A stretch of DNA of 64,000 bases from Pseudomonadota bacterium. Its GTDB lineage: Bacteria > Pseudomonadota > Gammaproteobacteria > Burkholderiales > JBFMAC01. A program made the position numbers and the translations under genes. This document shows positions 17,257 to 32,258 of this stretch, piece by piece. The stretch lies in contig JBFMAC010000012.1 of NCBI GenBank assembly GCA_040756015.1, forward strand, positions 15,377 through 79,376. Reading direction: 5' to 3'. The notes beneath the pieces were generated by a model. The model did no database searches, was not told the DNA's origin, and worked only from the letters and a program-made list of their open reading frames with translations. The stretch's first letter is position 1, and every line of letters begins with the position of its first letter.

Positions 17257-19116
17257 CTATGCCACCCCTTCCGCATCAAGCCGCCGCACATAGCGGCATT
17301 CCAATCCCAATTCCAGCAAATCGATTTCGCCGGGCGCCAGTTCGACGCGCCCGCCCGCTGGCACTTCGGGAGGTAGCGAAGCCACCCGCAGCAGCACCGG
17401 CAGATGATCCAGCTTCACCAGGTTTTCCTTGATCACCGTGGCGCCAATCAGGCTCACCTGCTCCTGCAGCAGCCAGCGCAGGCACCAGTAACGTTCCATA
17501 TGACGCTGGAATTCGAGATAGGCGTCGTATGTCACCTCGAAATCCCGCATCGCAGCGAGCAGGTCGGCGCTGTTGCGCTGGTACGGTGGCGGATCGTGAG
17601 TAAGCAGGGCGACCAACTGGCGCTGGTTGACCAGATCGGCGTAACGACGCAACGGCGAGGATGACCAGAGATATTGCGCCACGCCCAGCCCTTGGTGCGG
17701 CGCCGGCACCGTACTCATCTTCACCTTGCCGTCGCCCTGAGTGCGGTAGATGCCGGCGACGTTGTTGTCCGCAAGCAGCTTGCCCCATTGCGCATTGACA
17801 TAAATCATCAGCTCCGCCACCAGCTTGTCGATCGGCGTGCCGCGGCGCCGTTCGGTGATGCGCACTCGGTCGTTTTCCACCGCGAAGGTGTAGTCCATGC
17901 GCTCCGGCCCGGTATCGCTCTTGCCGCGCAGCGCTTCCAGTCGCTGCACCAGCTGCCACAGCACCGCCAACTCCTTGCCGAACGGATGGGCAATTTCGTC
18001 CTGCTCCACCGTGTATTCGTTGAAATGCTGTTCCAGGGTATCGTGGCGCAGGTTGGCGGCCACCCTGATGCGCTCCACACAACTGGTCTGGCCGAGCACC
18101 TCATACTCCGGGCTAACTTCTAGGTACAGCGACAACGCCGGACAGACATGTGTTTCGCCCAAGGTGTAAGCGTGAATGGCGGCCTCCGGCAGCATGGTGA
18201 TCTTGTTGCCCGGCATGTAAACCGTCGACAGCCGTGCGCGCGCCCAGGCATCGACCTGCGAACCGGGCAGGATGCCGAGCGCCGGTGCGGCGATGTGGAT
18301 GCCCACACGATAATGTCCATTGTCCAGGAACGCCACCGAAAAGGCGTCGTCGATTTCAGTGGTGGCGGCATCGTCCACGCTGAACGCTGCGGCCTCGGAT
18401 AGCGGCAGCTCCATGGACTGCGCGATCTCCCCGGTCGCGGGGAATGCCGTGCCGTTAGGGAAAAACTCAAACAGGAAGCGGTTGAAGTGGTAATCGTGGG
18501 TGGACGGCAGTGCCCCGCATTGCTCAAGCAGTCTTGCCGGTGCCAGCTTGGCGGCCGCACATGCCACATCCAGCGCTTTCCACTCTATGCTGTTTTTGTC
18601 GGGGCGATAAAGCAGCTCCTGCAAAATGTTTCGGAAAGCATCGGGCAACTGGCGTGCACTGAGCTGCTCCAGGTAGCGCGCCTGTGCCTCCGTCTGCAAA
18701 CGGCGTTTTTCCAGGCCTGCCAGCGCCGCCTGCAATGCCTCGGCGGGCGCGGCCTTGTAGCGCCCTCTGCCTTTCTTATAAAAATACATGGGCGCGCCAT
18801 GCAGCTTGATCAGCAGTCCCGCCGCCTCCACCGCGCCGGGCGTATGGCCGAAATAATCCTGTCCCAGCGCCTCAAAACCGAATTCCTCCGCGCCACAACA
18901 TTGCCACAGGAAATCCACGTCCACCTGCTCCGCAGCCACCTGCGCCTGCGTCATGAATTCGCCCAGGCCGGGCTGGTCAAATCGCAGCAGCACCGCGTTG
19001 GCCTTGATCTTGGCACGCTTGCCATGCGGGGTTTCCACTTGCAGCGAGGTGCCACCGTCGGCCAGAACCGCGGCGGTTTTGAACCCGCCGTCTTCTTCAT
19101 AAAAGACGTTCATCAT
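17257..19116 (-). CDS. RNB-domain exoribonuclease (RNase II/R family)
   Basis: The 619-aa ORF contains the RNB motif I TTEIDDAFSV and later SSPLRRYADLVNQRQL. Confidence 0.8.
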   Translation of the reverse strand: MMNVFYEEDGGFKTAAVLADGGTSLQVETPHGKRAKIKANAVLLRFDQPGLGEFMTQAQVAAEQVDVDFLWQCCGAEEFGFEALGQDYFGHTPGAVEAAGLLIKLHGAPMYFYKKGRGRYKAAPAEALQAALAGLEKRRLQTEAQARYLEQLSARQLPDAFRNILQELLYRPDKNSIEWKALDVACAAAKLAPARLLEQCGALPSTHDYHFNRFLFEFFPNGTAFPATGEIAQSMELPLSEAAAFSVDDAATTEIDDAFSVAFLDNGHYRVGIHIAAPALGILPGSQVDAWARARLSTVYMPGNKITMLPEAAIHAYTLGETHVCPALSLYLEVSPEYEVLGQTSCVERIRVAANLRHDTLEQHFNEYTVEQDEIAHPFGKELAVLWQLVQRLEALRGKSDTGPERMDYTFAVENDRVRITERRRGTPIDKLVAELMIYVNAQWGKLLADNNVAGIYRTQGDGKVKMSTVPAPHQGLGVAQYLWSSSPLRRYADLVNQRQLVALLTHDPPPYQRNSADLLAAMRDFEVTYDAYLEFQRHMERYWCLRWLLQEQVSLIGATVIKENLVKLDHLPVLLRVASLPPEVPAGGRVELAPGEIDLLELGLECRYVRRLDAEGVA

Positions 19117-20492
19117 TAATCTGGATCAGACGGAACCGGGGATGCGGCGTGCTGCAAGGCTTGCAGTATTTTGCCGTGGATGCCGCCGAAACCGCCGTTG
19201 CTCATCACCAGCACGTGGTCACCCGGTTGCGCGGCGCTCACGATGGCCTCGAGCAGTTGTGCGAAGTCTTCGTGTACCACGACCTTGTCACCCAGCGGCG
19301 CCAGCGTCTGCGCCGCATCCCAGCCGAGGTTGGCGCCATAACAGAACACTCGCTCGGCATCGGCCAGGCTACCGGGCAGTGCATCTTTCATCACACCCAT
19401 TTTCATGGTGTTGGAGCGTGGTTCCAGCACCGCCAGGATGCGCCCCCGGCCGACCTTGGCGCGCAGGCCGGCGATGGTGGTGCGGATCGCGGTGGGGTGG
19501 TGTGCGAAGTCGTCGTATACCGTGATGCCGTTGACGACACCGCGCACTTCCATACGACGCTTCACGTTCTTGAAGCACGCCAACGCAGCAATGCCAACAG
19601 TAACGGGCACGCCCGCGTGCCGCGCGGCGGCCAGCGCGGCGAGCGCGTTCATGCGGTTATGTTCGCCCAGCAGTTCCCAATGCAGGCGCCCCTGGTTTTC
19701 GGCGCCCAGGAAAATGTCGAAGCTGCCGTCCGGCACAGCCGGCCCGGCATGCCAACCGTCGTCCGCGCCGAAATATTCCACCGGCGTCCAGCAGCCGCGC
19801 GCCAGTACGCGCACGAGGCTGGCGTCAGCACCGTTCGCTACCACCCTGCCGTTGCCGGGCACGGTGCGCACCAGATGGTGGAACTGGGTTTCGATCGCTT
19901 CCAGATCGGGAAAAATATCGGCGTGGTCGAATTCAAGGTTGTTGAGCACCACGGTGCGCGGACGATAGTGCACGAACTTGGAGCGCTTGTCGAAAAACGC
20001 GGTGTCGTATTCGTCGGCCTCGATCACGAAAAAAGGCGAATCGGTGAGACGCGCGGAGATGCCGAAATTTTCCGGCACCCCGCCAATCAGAAAGCCCGGG
20101 TTGAGCCCGGCATGCTCCAGGATCCATGCCAGCATCGAAGTGGTGGTGGTCTTGCCGTGCGTTCCCGCCACCCCCAGCACCCACTTGTTGCGCAGCAGTG
20201 TATCCGCCAGCCATTGCGGCCCCGACACGTAGGGCAGGCCGCGATCTAGGATGGCCTCCATCAACGGGTTGCCGCGCGAGATGACGTTACCGATCACGCA
20301 CACGTCCGGACGAAGGTCGAGCTGATCGGAAGCAAAGCCCTCGATCAGCTCGATACCCTGCGCCTCGAGCTGCGTGCTCATCGGCGGATAGACACTGGCA
20401 TCGCAGCCGGTGACGCGGTGGCCCGCCTGCTTGGCGAGCACCGCGACCCCTCCCATGAAGGTGCCGCAAATGCCGAGGATGTGCAGATGCAT
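19116..20492 (-). CDS. mpl: UDP-N-acetylmuramate:L-alanyl-gamma-D-glutamyl-meso-DAP ligase
   Basis: The 458-aa ORF contains MHLHILGICGTFMGGVAVLAKQAGHRVTGCD and GVAGTHGKTTTTSM, the Mur ligase P-loop. Confidence 0.9.
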   Translation of the reverse strand: MHLHILGICGTFMGGVAVLAKQAGHRVTGCDASVYPPMSTQLEAQGIELIEGFASDQLDLRPDVCVIGNVISRGNPLMEAILDRGLPYVSGPQWLADTLLRNKWVLGVAGTHGKTTTTSMLAWILEHAGLNPGFLIGGVPENFGISARLTDSPFFVIEADEYDTAFFDKRSKFVHYRPRTVVLNNLEFDHADIFPDLEAIETQFHHLVRTVPGNGRVVANGADASLVRVLARGCWTPVEYFGADDGWHAGPAVPDGSFDIFLGAENQGRLHWELLGEHNRMNALAALAAARHAGVPVTVGIAALACFKNVKRRMEVRGVVNGITVYDDFAHHPTAIRTTIAGLRAKVGRGRILAVLEPRSNTMKMGVMKDALPGSLADAERVFCYGANLGWDAAQTLAPLGDKVVVHEDFAQLLEAIVSAAQPGDHVLVMSNGGFGGIHGKILQALQHAASPVPSDPD

Positions 20493-21205
20493 TACTTGGC
20501 AGCGATTTTCAGCAATTCCGCCTGCTTGAGCTTGGCCTCGTCGGTTTCGCCGTTGAGGTTGATGATCACCAGCTTGCCCTGCCCCTGCTTGAGGTCGTTG
20601 CGGAAATCGTAGACCGCGCCGATCACGGTGAGCTTGCCCTCTTTGATTTCCTCATCAAACTTTTGCATCGCCGCAGCAACCTGGTTGTTGACGTTGGTTT
20701 TGACGCCGGCCATGTTTTCGACGCCCTTGTCGATCTTGATGGTGTCGAGTTCGCGCTTGATCGTCGCCGACTCGCCGGAATAATCACCGGAGGCGGCCTT
20801 GATCGCGCCGCAGGCCGAATGCCCGACGAAGATCAGCAGCGGCGTGTGCAAATGATGCACGCCATATTCGACCGAACCTTCTGCGGTGCTCATCTGGTTG
20901 CCGATATTGCGCACCATGAACAGGTCACCGTCGGGCGTCTTGTCGAGCGCATGCGTATGCACGCGCGAATCCGAGCAGGTCACCACCGTTGCACGCGGGC
21001 TCTGTTTCTCGGTAAACGGCTTGAAATAACCCGCCTTGTGCTTGTCGACAAAGCGCTTGTTGTCCTGCAGAATGTTTTTCACGATGCCCTTCAGCTGGGC
21101 AATCTCCCCGCCGCCGTGGTGTTCGCCGTGATGCTCTTCCTTTGCCCAGCCCTGGCCGGCCAGCAGGCCAGAGATGACCAATGCCCCCAACATCTTCTTA
21201 AACAT
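20492..21205 (-). CDS. beta-class carbonic anhydrase, secreted
   Basis: Reading from Met14 gives MFKKMLGALVISGLLAGQGWA (signal peptide). The zinc ligand context is VVTCSDSRV...FVGHSACGAI. Confidence 0.85.
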   Translation of the reverse strand: MFKKMLGALVISGLLAGQGWAKEEHHGEHHGGGEIAQLKGIVKNILQDNKRFVDKHKAGYFKPFTEKQSPRATVVTCSDSRVHTHALDKTPDGDLFMVRNIGNQMSTAEGSVEYGVHHLHTPLLIFVGHSACGAIKAASGDYSGESATIKRELDTIKIDKGVENMAGVKTNVNNQVAAAMQKFDEEIKEGKLTVIGAVYDFRNDLKQGQGKLVIINLNGETDEAKLKQAELLKIAAK

Positions 21206-21340
21206 GACTTCCCCATAAAGTAGATCGGCGCAGAACCATTCCACGCCCCGGATATCTTAACGGGAATCCCGCACAAATTCACCCCGGACTAAAGTTTTAT
21301 GGCTCCTGGCCGTTACTCAACGCTACGGTAACCGGAGTTT

Positions 21341-22303
21341 ATGATGTCGCCAGCCATGCCTATGGAACACCCCGCCAGCCCCTTTCCGCCCCATCCGGCA
21401 TCGCCAGTTGAAATTGCGCGCGCTGCGCTGCATTTGCTGACCGAACAGGGGCTGCCGCCCACACCGGAAAATTTCAGCCACCACTATCACGAGGTGGCGG
21501 GCATGCCCCAGCCGGTCACGGTTGCCAAGTTCAACGAGGTTTTCGACTCGCTGCGTAGCCTGGTGGACCGGGTCACCAATTGCACGGATAGCATCGCCAG
21601 CGATGTCGGCCAGCACAATCGGGAAATCAAGGCACGCCTCAACGAATTGGCCGTTGCCCAGGAACAAAAACAGATGCTGACGCTGCTGACCACCATAGTC
21701 GGCACCGCCACTTCCATGTACAACGAGGTCGAAGCCACTCATGCCGAACTGATCACCACCAAGGGCGCACTGGAGGAGATCAAGGCGGAAATCCGCGAAA
21801 GCCACGACTGGCTGCAACGCGACCCGCTGACCGGGACGCAAAACCGGCGCGGCATGGATGCCGCGCTGGCACGCGAAGTGGGCCGGTGCCGGCGCAACTC
21901 CTCCAAGCTCACCGTGGCCATGATTGATCTCGACCACTTCAAGGAAATCAACGACAACTACGGCCACCACGCCGGCGACCATGTACTGGTACACGTGGCC
22001 GAAATCGCCAAGTCGGTGCTGCGCGACGCCGACATCCTAGTACGCTACGGCGGCGAGGAGTTCCTGCTGATCCTGCCGGAAACCGACATCAACGGTGCCA
22101 AGTACGTGATCGACCGCCTGCAGATCGTCATGGGCAAGAACCCCATGAGCTACGAAGACAAGCGCATCAACGTCAGCTTCAGCTGCGGCATCGCCCAGTT
22201 GCAGGAAAGCGAGAACGGCCACGCACTCATCATGCGCGCCGACCACGCCCTGTACGAGGCCAAGAGCTGCGGCAGGAACTGCATCAAAATCGCCTCCGAG
22301 TAA
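21341..22303 (+). CDS. diguanylate cyclase (GGDEF domain) with uncharacterised N-terminal region
   Basis: The ORF contains DPLTGTQNRRG, RYGGEEFLLILPE and ADHALYEAKSCGRN. Confidence 0.85.
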   Translation: MMSPAMPMEHPASPFPPHPASPVEIARAALHLLTEQGLPPTPENFSHHYHEVAGMPQPVTVAKFNEVFDSLRSLVDRVTNCTDSIASDVGQHNREIKARLNELAVAQEQKQMLTLLTTIVGTATSMYNEVEATHAELITTKGALEEIKAEIRESHDWLQRDPLTGTQNRRGMDAALAREVGRCRRNSSKLTVAMIDLDHFKEINDNYGHHAGDHVLVHVAEIAKSVLRDADILVRYGGEEFLLILPETDINGAKYVIDRLQIVMGKNPMSYEDKRINVSFSCGIAQLQESENGHALIMRADHALYEAKSCGRNCIKIASE

Positions 22304-22468
22304 GCCGCCTCCACTCCCCAATCACCCCCTTCCACCCGCACCTTCCCCGCATCGGTTGAAGCCGTTGTCTCAACCGGGTAAAATCAAGCCCTTTCGCTTA
22401 ATTTTCGCAGTCGGGCGCGCCCGTTCAACCAACGCGACTGTGGCCGGCCGTCTTTTGAGAGGAACAAG

Positions 22469-27151
<4,683 letters not shown>

Positions 27152-27214
27152 ATCGTACATTCAAAAAAATCGCCACCTGGATGGTGGCATGGCAGCAAAA
27201 GGAGTTAGCGCATC

Positions 27215-28633
27215 ATGGGTAAGCCGACCGGTTTCATGGAAATCGCCCGCCACGACCTGCCGTCGCAACCGGTGGCCGAGCGTCTGCGTCATTACCGGGA
27301 ATTCGCGCTGCACTTGGCCGATGAAGAGCTCAGCAAGCAAGGTGCACGCTGCATGGATTGCGGTATCCCGTTTTGCCAGAGCGGCTGTCCGGTCAACAAC
27401 ATCATCCCCGACTGGAACGATTTGGTGTATCGCGGTCAATGGCTGCATGCGCTGGAAACGCTGCACTCGACTAACAACTTCCCGGAATTCACCGGCCGCA
27501 TCTGCCCGGCGCCGTGCGAAGCATCGTGCACGCTCAACATCAACGCTGATGCGGTGACAATCAAGGCGATCGAGCACGCCATCATCGACAAAGGCTGGGA
27601 ACAGGGCTGGGTCAAACCCGAGCCGGCGGCGCGCAAGACCGGCAAGAAAGTCGCCGTGGTCGGCTCCGGCCCGGCGGGGCTGGCCTGTGCACAACAGCTG
27701 GCCCGTGCCGGGCACAGCGTCACCGTGTTCGAGAAAAACGACCGCATCGGCGGCCTGCTGCGCTACGGCATCCCGGATTTTAAGCTGGAAAAGGCGGTGA
27801 TCGACCGCCGCTTGGAACAGATGCGCGCCGAGGGCGTAGAATTTCGTACCAGCGCGAACGTGGGCGACAATGTACCTGCCGAGCAACTGCTCGCCGAATT
27901 CGATGCGGTGGTGCTCACCGGCGGCGCCGAACAGCCACGCGACCTGCCGGTGCCCGGGCGCGAACTGCAGGGTGTTTACTTCGCCATGGAGTTCCTCACC
28001 CAGCAGAACAAATTGGTGGCTGGCGACACCGTGGCCGACCAAATCAAGGCCACCGGCAAGCACGTGGTAGTGATCGGTGGCGGCGACACCGGTTCCGACT
28101 GCGTTGGCACTTCCAATCGCCAGGGCGCCGCTTCGGTCACCCAGTTCGAGTTGCTGCCCAAGCCGCCCGTGCAGGAGAACAAGCCGCTGACCTGGCCGAA
28201 TTGGCCGACCAAGCTGCGCACCTCCAGTTCTCACGAGGAAGGTTGCCAGCGCGACTGGGCGGTGGCCACCAAAGCACTGCTCGGCAGCCATGGCAAGGTG
28301 GAAAAACTGCGCGCGGTGCGGCTTGCCTGGCAGGATGGCAAGATGAGCGAAATTCCCGGCAGCGAGTTCGAAATCAAGGCCGACCTGGTGCTGCTGGCCA
28401 TGGGCTTCGTCAGCCCGCTGCGGACAGTGCTGGAAGCATTCGGCATCGCCAGGGACGCGCGCGGCAACGCCCAGGCCGACACCGACAGCTACCGCACCAA
28501 CGTGGACAAAGTGTTTGCGGCCGGCGACATGCGCCGCGGCCAGTCGCTGGTGGTGTGGGCAATACGAGAAGGCCGTCAGTGCGCACGCGCGGTGGACGAG
28601 TTCCTGATGGGCGCGTCCGAGTTACCGCGATAA
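27215..28633 (+). CDS. gltD: glutamate synthase small subunit (NADPH)
   Basis: The 472-aa ORF contains the Fe-S motifs CMDCGIPFC and CPAPCE, and the dinucleotide sites [12 protein letters not shown] and [13 protein letters not shown]. Confidence 0.95.
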   Translation: MGKPTGFMEIARHDLPSQPVAERLRHYREFALHLADEELSKQGARCMDCGIPFCQSGCPVNNIIPDWNDLVYRGQWLHALETLHSTNNFPEFTGRICPAPCEASCTLNINADAVTIKAIEHAIIDKGWEQGWVKPEPAARKTGKKVAVVGSGPAGLACAQQLARAGHSVTVFEKNDRIGGLLRYGIPDFKLEKAVIDRRLEQMRAEGVEFRTSANVGDNVPAEQLLAEFDAVVLTGGAEQPRDLPVPGRELQGVYFAMEFLTQQNKLVAGDTVADQIKATGKHVVVIGGGDTGSDCVGTSNRQGAASVTQFELLPKPPVQENKPLTWPNWPTKLRTSSSHEEGCQRDWAVATKALLGSHGKVEKLRAVRLAWQDGKMSEIPGSEFEIKADLVLLAMGFVSPLRTVLEAFGIARDARGNAQADTDSYRTNVDKVFAAGDMRRGQSLVVWAIREGRQCARAVDEFLMGASELPR

Positions 28634-28657
28634 TTTATTTTAAAAAGAAAGCTGATC

Positions 28658-29722
28658 ATGACCAAACCGAAAAACGATACCTTTCTGCGCGCCCTGCTGC
28701 GTCAACCCACCGAATACACGCCGCTGTGGCTGATGCGCCAGGCTGGCCGCTATTTGCCCGAATACAACCAGACGCGCAAGCGCGCAGGCAGCTTCATGGG
28801 ATTGTGCAAAAACCCGGACCTGGCCTGCGAAGTCACCCTGCAGCCGCTGGTACGTTATGGTCTCGATGCCGCCATCCTGTTTTCCGACATCCTCACCGTG
28901 CCCGATGCTATGGGACTGGGGCTGTATTTCGCCGAAGGCGAGGGTCCGCGCTTCGAACGCCCGCTGCGCGACGAGTGGGAAATCAAGAACCTGACCGCAC
29001 CCGACCCCAATACCCATCTGCGCTACGTGATGGACGCCGTAGCGCAGATCCGCAAGGCGCTCAACAACGAAGTGCCGCTGATCGGCTTTTCCGGCAGCCC
29101 ATTCACCTTGGCGTGCTACATGGTGGAAGGCGGCGGCAGCAGCGACTTCATGCAGATCAAGACCATGCTTTATGCGCGTCCCGACCTGCTGCACCACATC
29201 CTCAACGTCACCGCGCAGGCGGTGACCGATTACCTCAACGCGCAGATCGAGCATGGTGCGCAAGCGGTGATGATATTCGATTCGTGGGGCGGCGCCCTGT
29301 CGCATGCCGCCTACCAGGAGTTTTCGCTGCGCTACATGCAGCAAATCACCGCTGGCCTGAAGCGCGAACATGACGGCGCGAAGATTCCGGTAATCATGTT
29401 CACCAAGGGCGGCGGCCTGTGGCTGGAAAGCATCGCCAACGCCGGCTGCGATGCCATCGGCCTGGACTGGACCATAGACATCGGCGAGGCGCGCCGTCGC
29501 GTCGGCGACAAGGTGGCTTTACAGGGCAACCTCGATCCCGCTATCCTGCTGTCCACCCCTGAGGCGATCAAGGCGGAAGCGACCAAGGTCTTGGCGAGTT
29601 ATGGCAAAGGCCATGGGCACGTGTTCAACCTCGGCCACGGCATTTCGCAATTCACCCCACCGGACAACGTCACCGTCTTGGTTGAAACAGTGCACGAAGT
29701 CAGCCGCCAGTACCACAAATAA
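28658..29722 (+). CDS. hemE: uroporphyrinogen decarboxylase
   Basis: The 354-aa ORF contains [15 protein letters not shown] and [14 protein letters not shown]. Confidence 0.97.
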   Translation: MTKPKNDTFLRALLRQPTEYTPLWLMRQAGRYLPEYNQTRKRAGSFMGLCKNPDLACEVTLQPLVRYGLDAAILFSDILTVPDAMGLGLYFAEGEGPRFERPLRDEWEIKNLTAPDPNTHLRYVMDAVAQIRKALNNEVPLIGFSGSPFTLACYMVEGGGSSDFMQIKTMLYARPDLLHHILNVTAQAVTDYLNAQIEHGAQAVMIFDSWGGALSHAAYQEFSLRYMQQITAGLKREHDGAKIPVIMFTKGGGLWLESIANAGCDAIGLDWTIDIGEARRRVGDKVALQGNLDPAILLSTPEAIKAEATKVLASYGKGHGHVFNLGHGISQFTPPDNVTVLVETVHEVSRQYHK

Positions 29723-30022
29723 GGCTACTTAGCCTGAACTTATGCACAGCCGGGCGGGTTTGCCTCCCGGCTACCGCAAAGCGCGCCCGATTTTTCTTTC
29801 CAAGGTGCGCCTTTTTATATTTCAATTGGTTACGTGCGGCGCTTTATGTACCTTCATGACGTGGCAGGATTTTTCTCCAATTGCCTGGCTAGGCACGCGA
29901 GCAAGCATTAACAGATTTATGCACAGTCTCTTCCGTCCCTGAAAATCGTTTGGGCGGCGGCCAGTTGGCGCAATTTTGCAGAATCCGCTATAAGGCATAG
30001 AGCTAACCCGAGCTAATTTCCG

Positions 30023-32212
30023 ATGGATATCGTCCGCGTCGCGCTTGATGTGCCGCTTGCCAAGCTGTTCGATTATCGCGCTACATGCATTAATGCCGCG
30101 GACATCGGCAAGCGCGCGGTCGTCCCCTTCGGCAAGCGACAGGCAGTCGGCATCATCGTGGGCCTGGCGCAAGATTCGCTGCTAGCGGCGGACAAGATCA
30201 AGCCAGTTGCCCACATCTTCCGCGACGAGCCTGCCCTCCCCGCCGATATGCTCGATTTGCTGCAATTCTGCAGCGAGTACTACCACCACCCTCTCGGTGA
30301 AACCGTGTTGAACGCCCTGCCCACACCGCTGCGCCGCCCACGGCCCATGCCGCCTTACAAGACACCACTTTACCGCATTAGCGCTACCGGGCAGTCCACC
30401 GGCGACGCGCTGCCGGCACGCGCCGTGCTCAAGCGCAAGCTATGGGCGTGCTTGCAGCAACACGGCACACTCGACAAGAAAGCACTGCTGGCGATTTCCC
30501 CGCGCGCCTCGGCAATCTTGAAGGAATTCCTGGCACTGGGCTGGGTGGAGGAAATCCAGGCCGCCACCATCCAAGACGCACCGCGCGCGAGTGCATTGGC
30601 CGATGCCATCGCACTCACCGAAGAACAGGAACAAGCGGTGCACGCCGTCACCGCCAAGTTGCACCAGTTCCAGCCGTGGCTGCTGCACGGCGTCACCGGC
30701 AGCGGCAAGACCGAGGTGTACCTGCGCCTCGCCGCGGAAGCAATCCGCCACGGCAAGCAAGTGCTGCTGCTACTGCCGGAGATCAATCTCACCCCGCAGT
30801 TCGAAGCGCGCCTGCATGAGCGCCTGCCGGCAGCGCAAGTGGTTAGCCTCCATAGCGGGCTGAGTGACGGCGAGCGGCTGTCGGGTTGGCAGCGCGCGCA
30901 AGCAGGCGCCGCCGACATCGTGCTCGGCACGCGGCTGGCCGTGTTTACGCCGCTGCCCAGGCTGGGGTTAATCGTGGTGGACGAAGAACACGACGCCTCA
31001 TTCAAGCAGCACGAAGGACTGCGCTATTCCGCGCGCGACCTGGCGGTGTACCGCGCCAAGCAATGCGGCGTGCCCATCGTGCTTGGTTCCGCCACGCCAG
31101 CGCTGGAGAGCTATTTCAAGGCCCGCGCCGGGCAATACCAGATACTGACGCTAACCCGGCGCGTCAACAGCGCAATGCCGACCGTGCGCTGCATCGACAC
31201 CCGCGCCGACCCGGCACGCGATGGTCTGACCAAATCCCTGCTCGACGCCATTGCCGCAAGACTGGATCGCAATGAACAAAGCCTGATTTTCATCAACCGC
31301 CGCGGCTATGCGCCGGTGCTGATATGTCGTGCCTGCGGTTGGGCCGCGCCCTGCCATCGCTGTTCCACGCGCCTGGTATTGCACCTCAAGGATAGACGCC
31401 TGCACTGCCATCATTGCGGCCATCAGGAGCGCGTGCCGTCTGCCTGCCCGGATTGCGGCAATGCCGATCTGGCGCCGCTCGGCCACGGCACGCAACGCAT
31501 CGAAAGCGTGCTTGCCGGGCATTTTCCCGATGCGCGCCTGCTGCGCATCGATCGCGACAGCACGCGCCGCAAGCAGGCCTGGTCGGACATGCGCCGGCAG
31601 ATACACGACCAGGAAGTCGATATTCTGGTTGGCACCCAGATGCTCGCCAAGGGCCATGACTTCCCCGCGCTGACCCTGGTGGGGGTACTGAATGCCGACC
31701 AGTCGCTGTACAGCACCGACTTCCGCGCCAGCGAACGCCTGTTCGCGCAGTTGATGCAGGTCGCCGGACGCGCTGGACGCGATCGCCTAGCCGGTGAAGT
31801 GCTGGTGCAAACCGAATTCCCGCGTCATCCGCTGTTCCTCGCCCTGCAGCAGCATGATTACGCGCAGTTCGCCGAACAATTGCTGGATGAGCGCAAGCAG
31901 GCGGGTTTCCCGCCTTTCATGCATCAGGCGCTACTCCACGCCGAGGCGAACCAGGTCGAGCCAGCCTTTGATTTCCTCGCACAGGCCGCACGCTTGGCCA
32001 AACGCCTCGACCCGCACCAGGGAGTGACCGCATACGACCCGGTCGCCGCGCCGCTGGCGCGCCTAGCCGGGAAGGCGCGCGCGCAACTGCTGGTGCAATC
32101 CGCATCGCGCGCCAAGCTGCAACAGTTTCTGCATGCCTGGTATGGCGAACTGCTGGCGCTGGCCAACACCAAGGTGCACTGGTACCTGGACGTGGATCCG
32201 CTCGAATTTTGA
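30023..32212 (+). CDS. priA: primosomal replication protein N' (PriA helicase)
   Basis: The 729-aa ORF contains Walker A GVTGSGKTEVY, DEEH, and the zinc-finger Cys clusters CRACGWAAPCHRC...CHHCG...CPDCG. Confidence 0.95.
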   Translation: MDIVRVALDVPLAKLFDYRATCINAADIGKRAVVPFGKRQAVGIIVGLAQDSLLAADKIKPVAHIFRDEPALPADMLDLLQFCSEYYHHPLGETVLNALPTPLRRPRPMPPYKTPLYRISATGQSTGDALPARAVLKRKLWACLQQHGTLDKKALLAISPRASAILKEFLALGWVEEIQAATIQDAPRASALADAIALTEEQEQAVHAVTAKLHQFQPWLLHGVTGSGKTEVYLRLAAEAIRHGKQVLLLLPEINLTPQFEARLHERLPAAQVVSLHSGLSDGERLSGWQRAQAGAADIVLGTRLAVFTPLPRLGLIVVDEEHDASFKQHEGLRYSARDLAVYRAKQCGVPIVLGSATPALESYFKARAGQYQILTLTRRVNSAMPTVRCIDTRADPARDGLTKSLLDAIAARLDRNEQSLIFINRRGYAPVLICRACGWAAPCHRCSTRLVLHLKDRRLHCHHCGHQERVPSACPDCGNADLAPLGHGTQRIESVLAGHFPDARLLRIDRDSTRRKQAWSDMRRQIHDQEVDILVGTQMLAKGHDFPALTLVGVLNADQSLYSTDFRASERLFAQLMQVAGRAGRDRLAGEVLVQTEFPRHPLFLALQQHDYAQFAEQLLDERKQAGFPPFMHQALLHAEANQVEPAFDFLAQAARLAKRLDPHQGVTAYDPVAAPLARLAGKARAQLLVQSASRAKLQQFLHAWYGELLALANTKVHWYLDVDPLEF

Positions 32213-32258
32213 GCTTGAGCCAAGCTATAATGCGCGCTTGCCCAATTTGCCCGAACTC

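Noticed and set aside
27161-29373. ORFs 27161..28291 (-), 28201..29373 (+) and 28640..29371 (-).
   Set aside because: They overlap gltD and hemE in antisense or alternative frames and have low-complexity translations. The annotated genes explain the coding signal.
29742-29942. A 66-aa ORF in the hemE-priA spacer.
   Set aside because: It has no Shine-Dalgarno sequence and lies in an AT-rich spacer. The translation has no recognisable features, and its start overlaps a GC hairpin. I treated it as non-coding.
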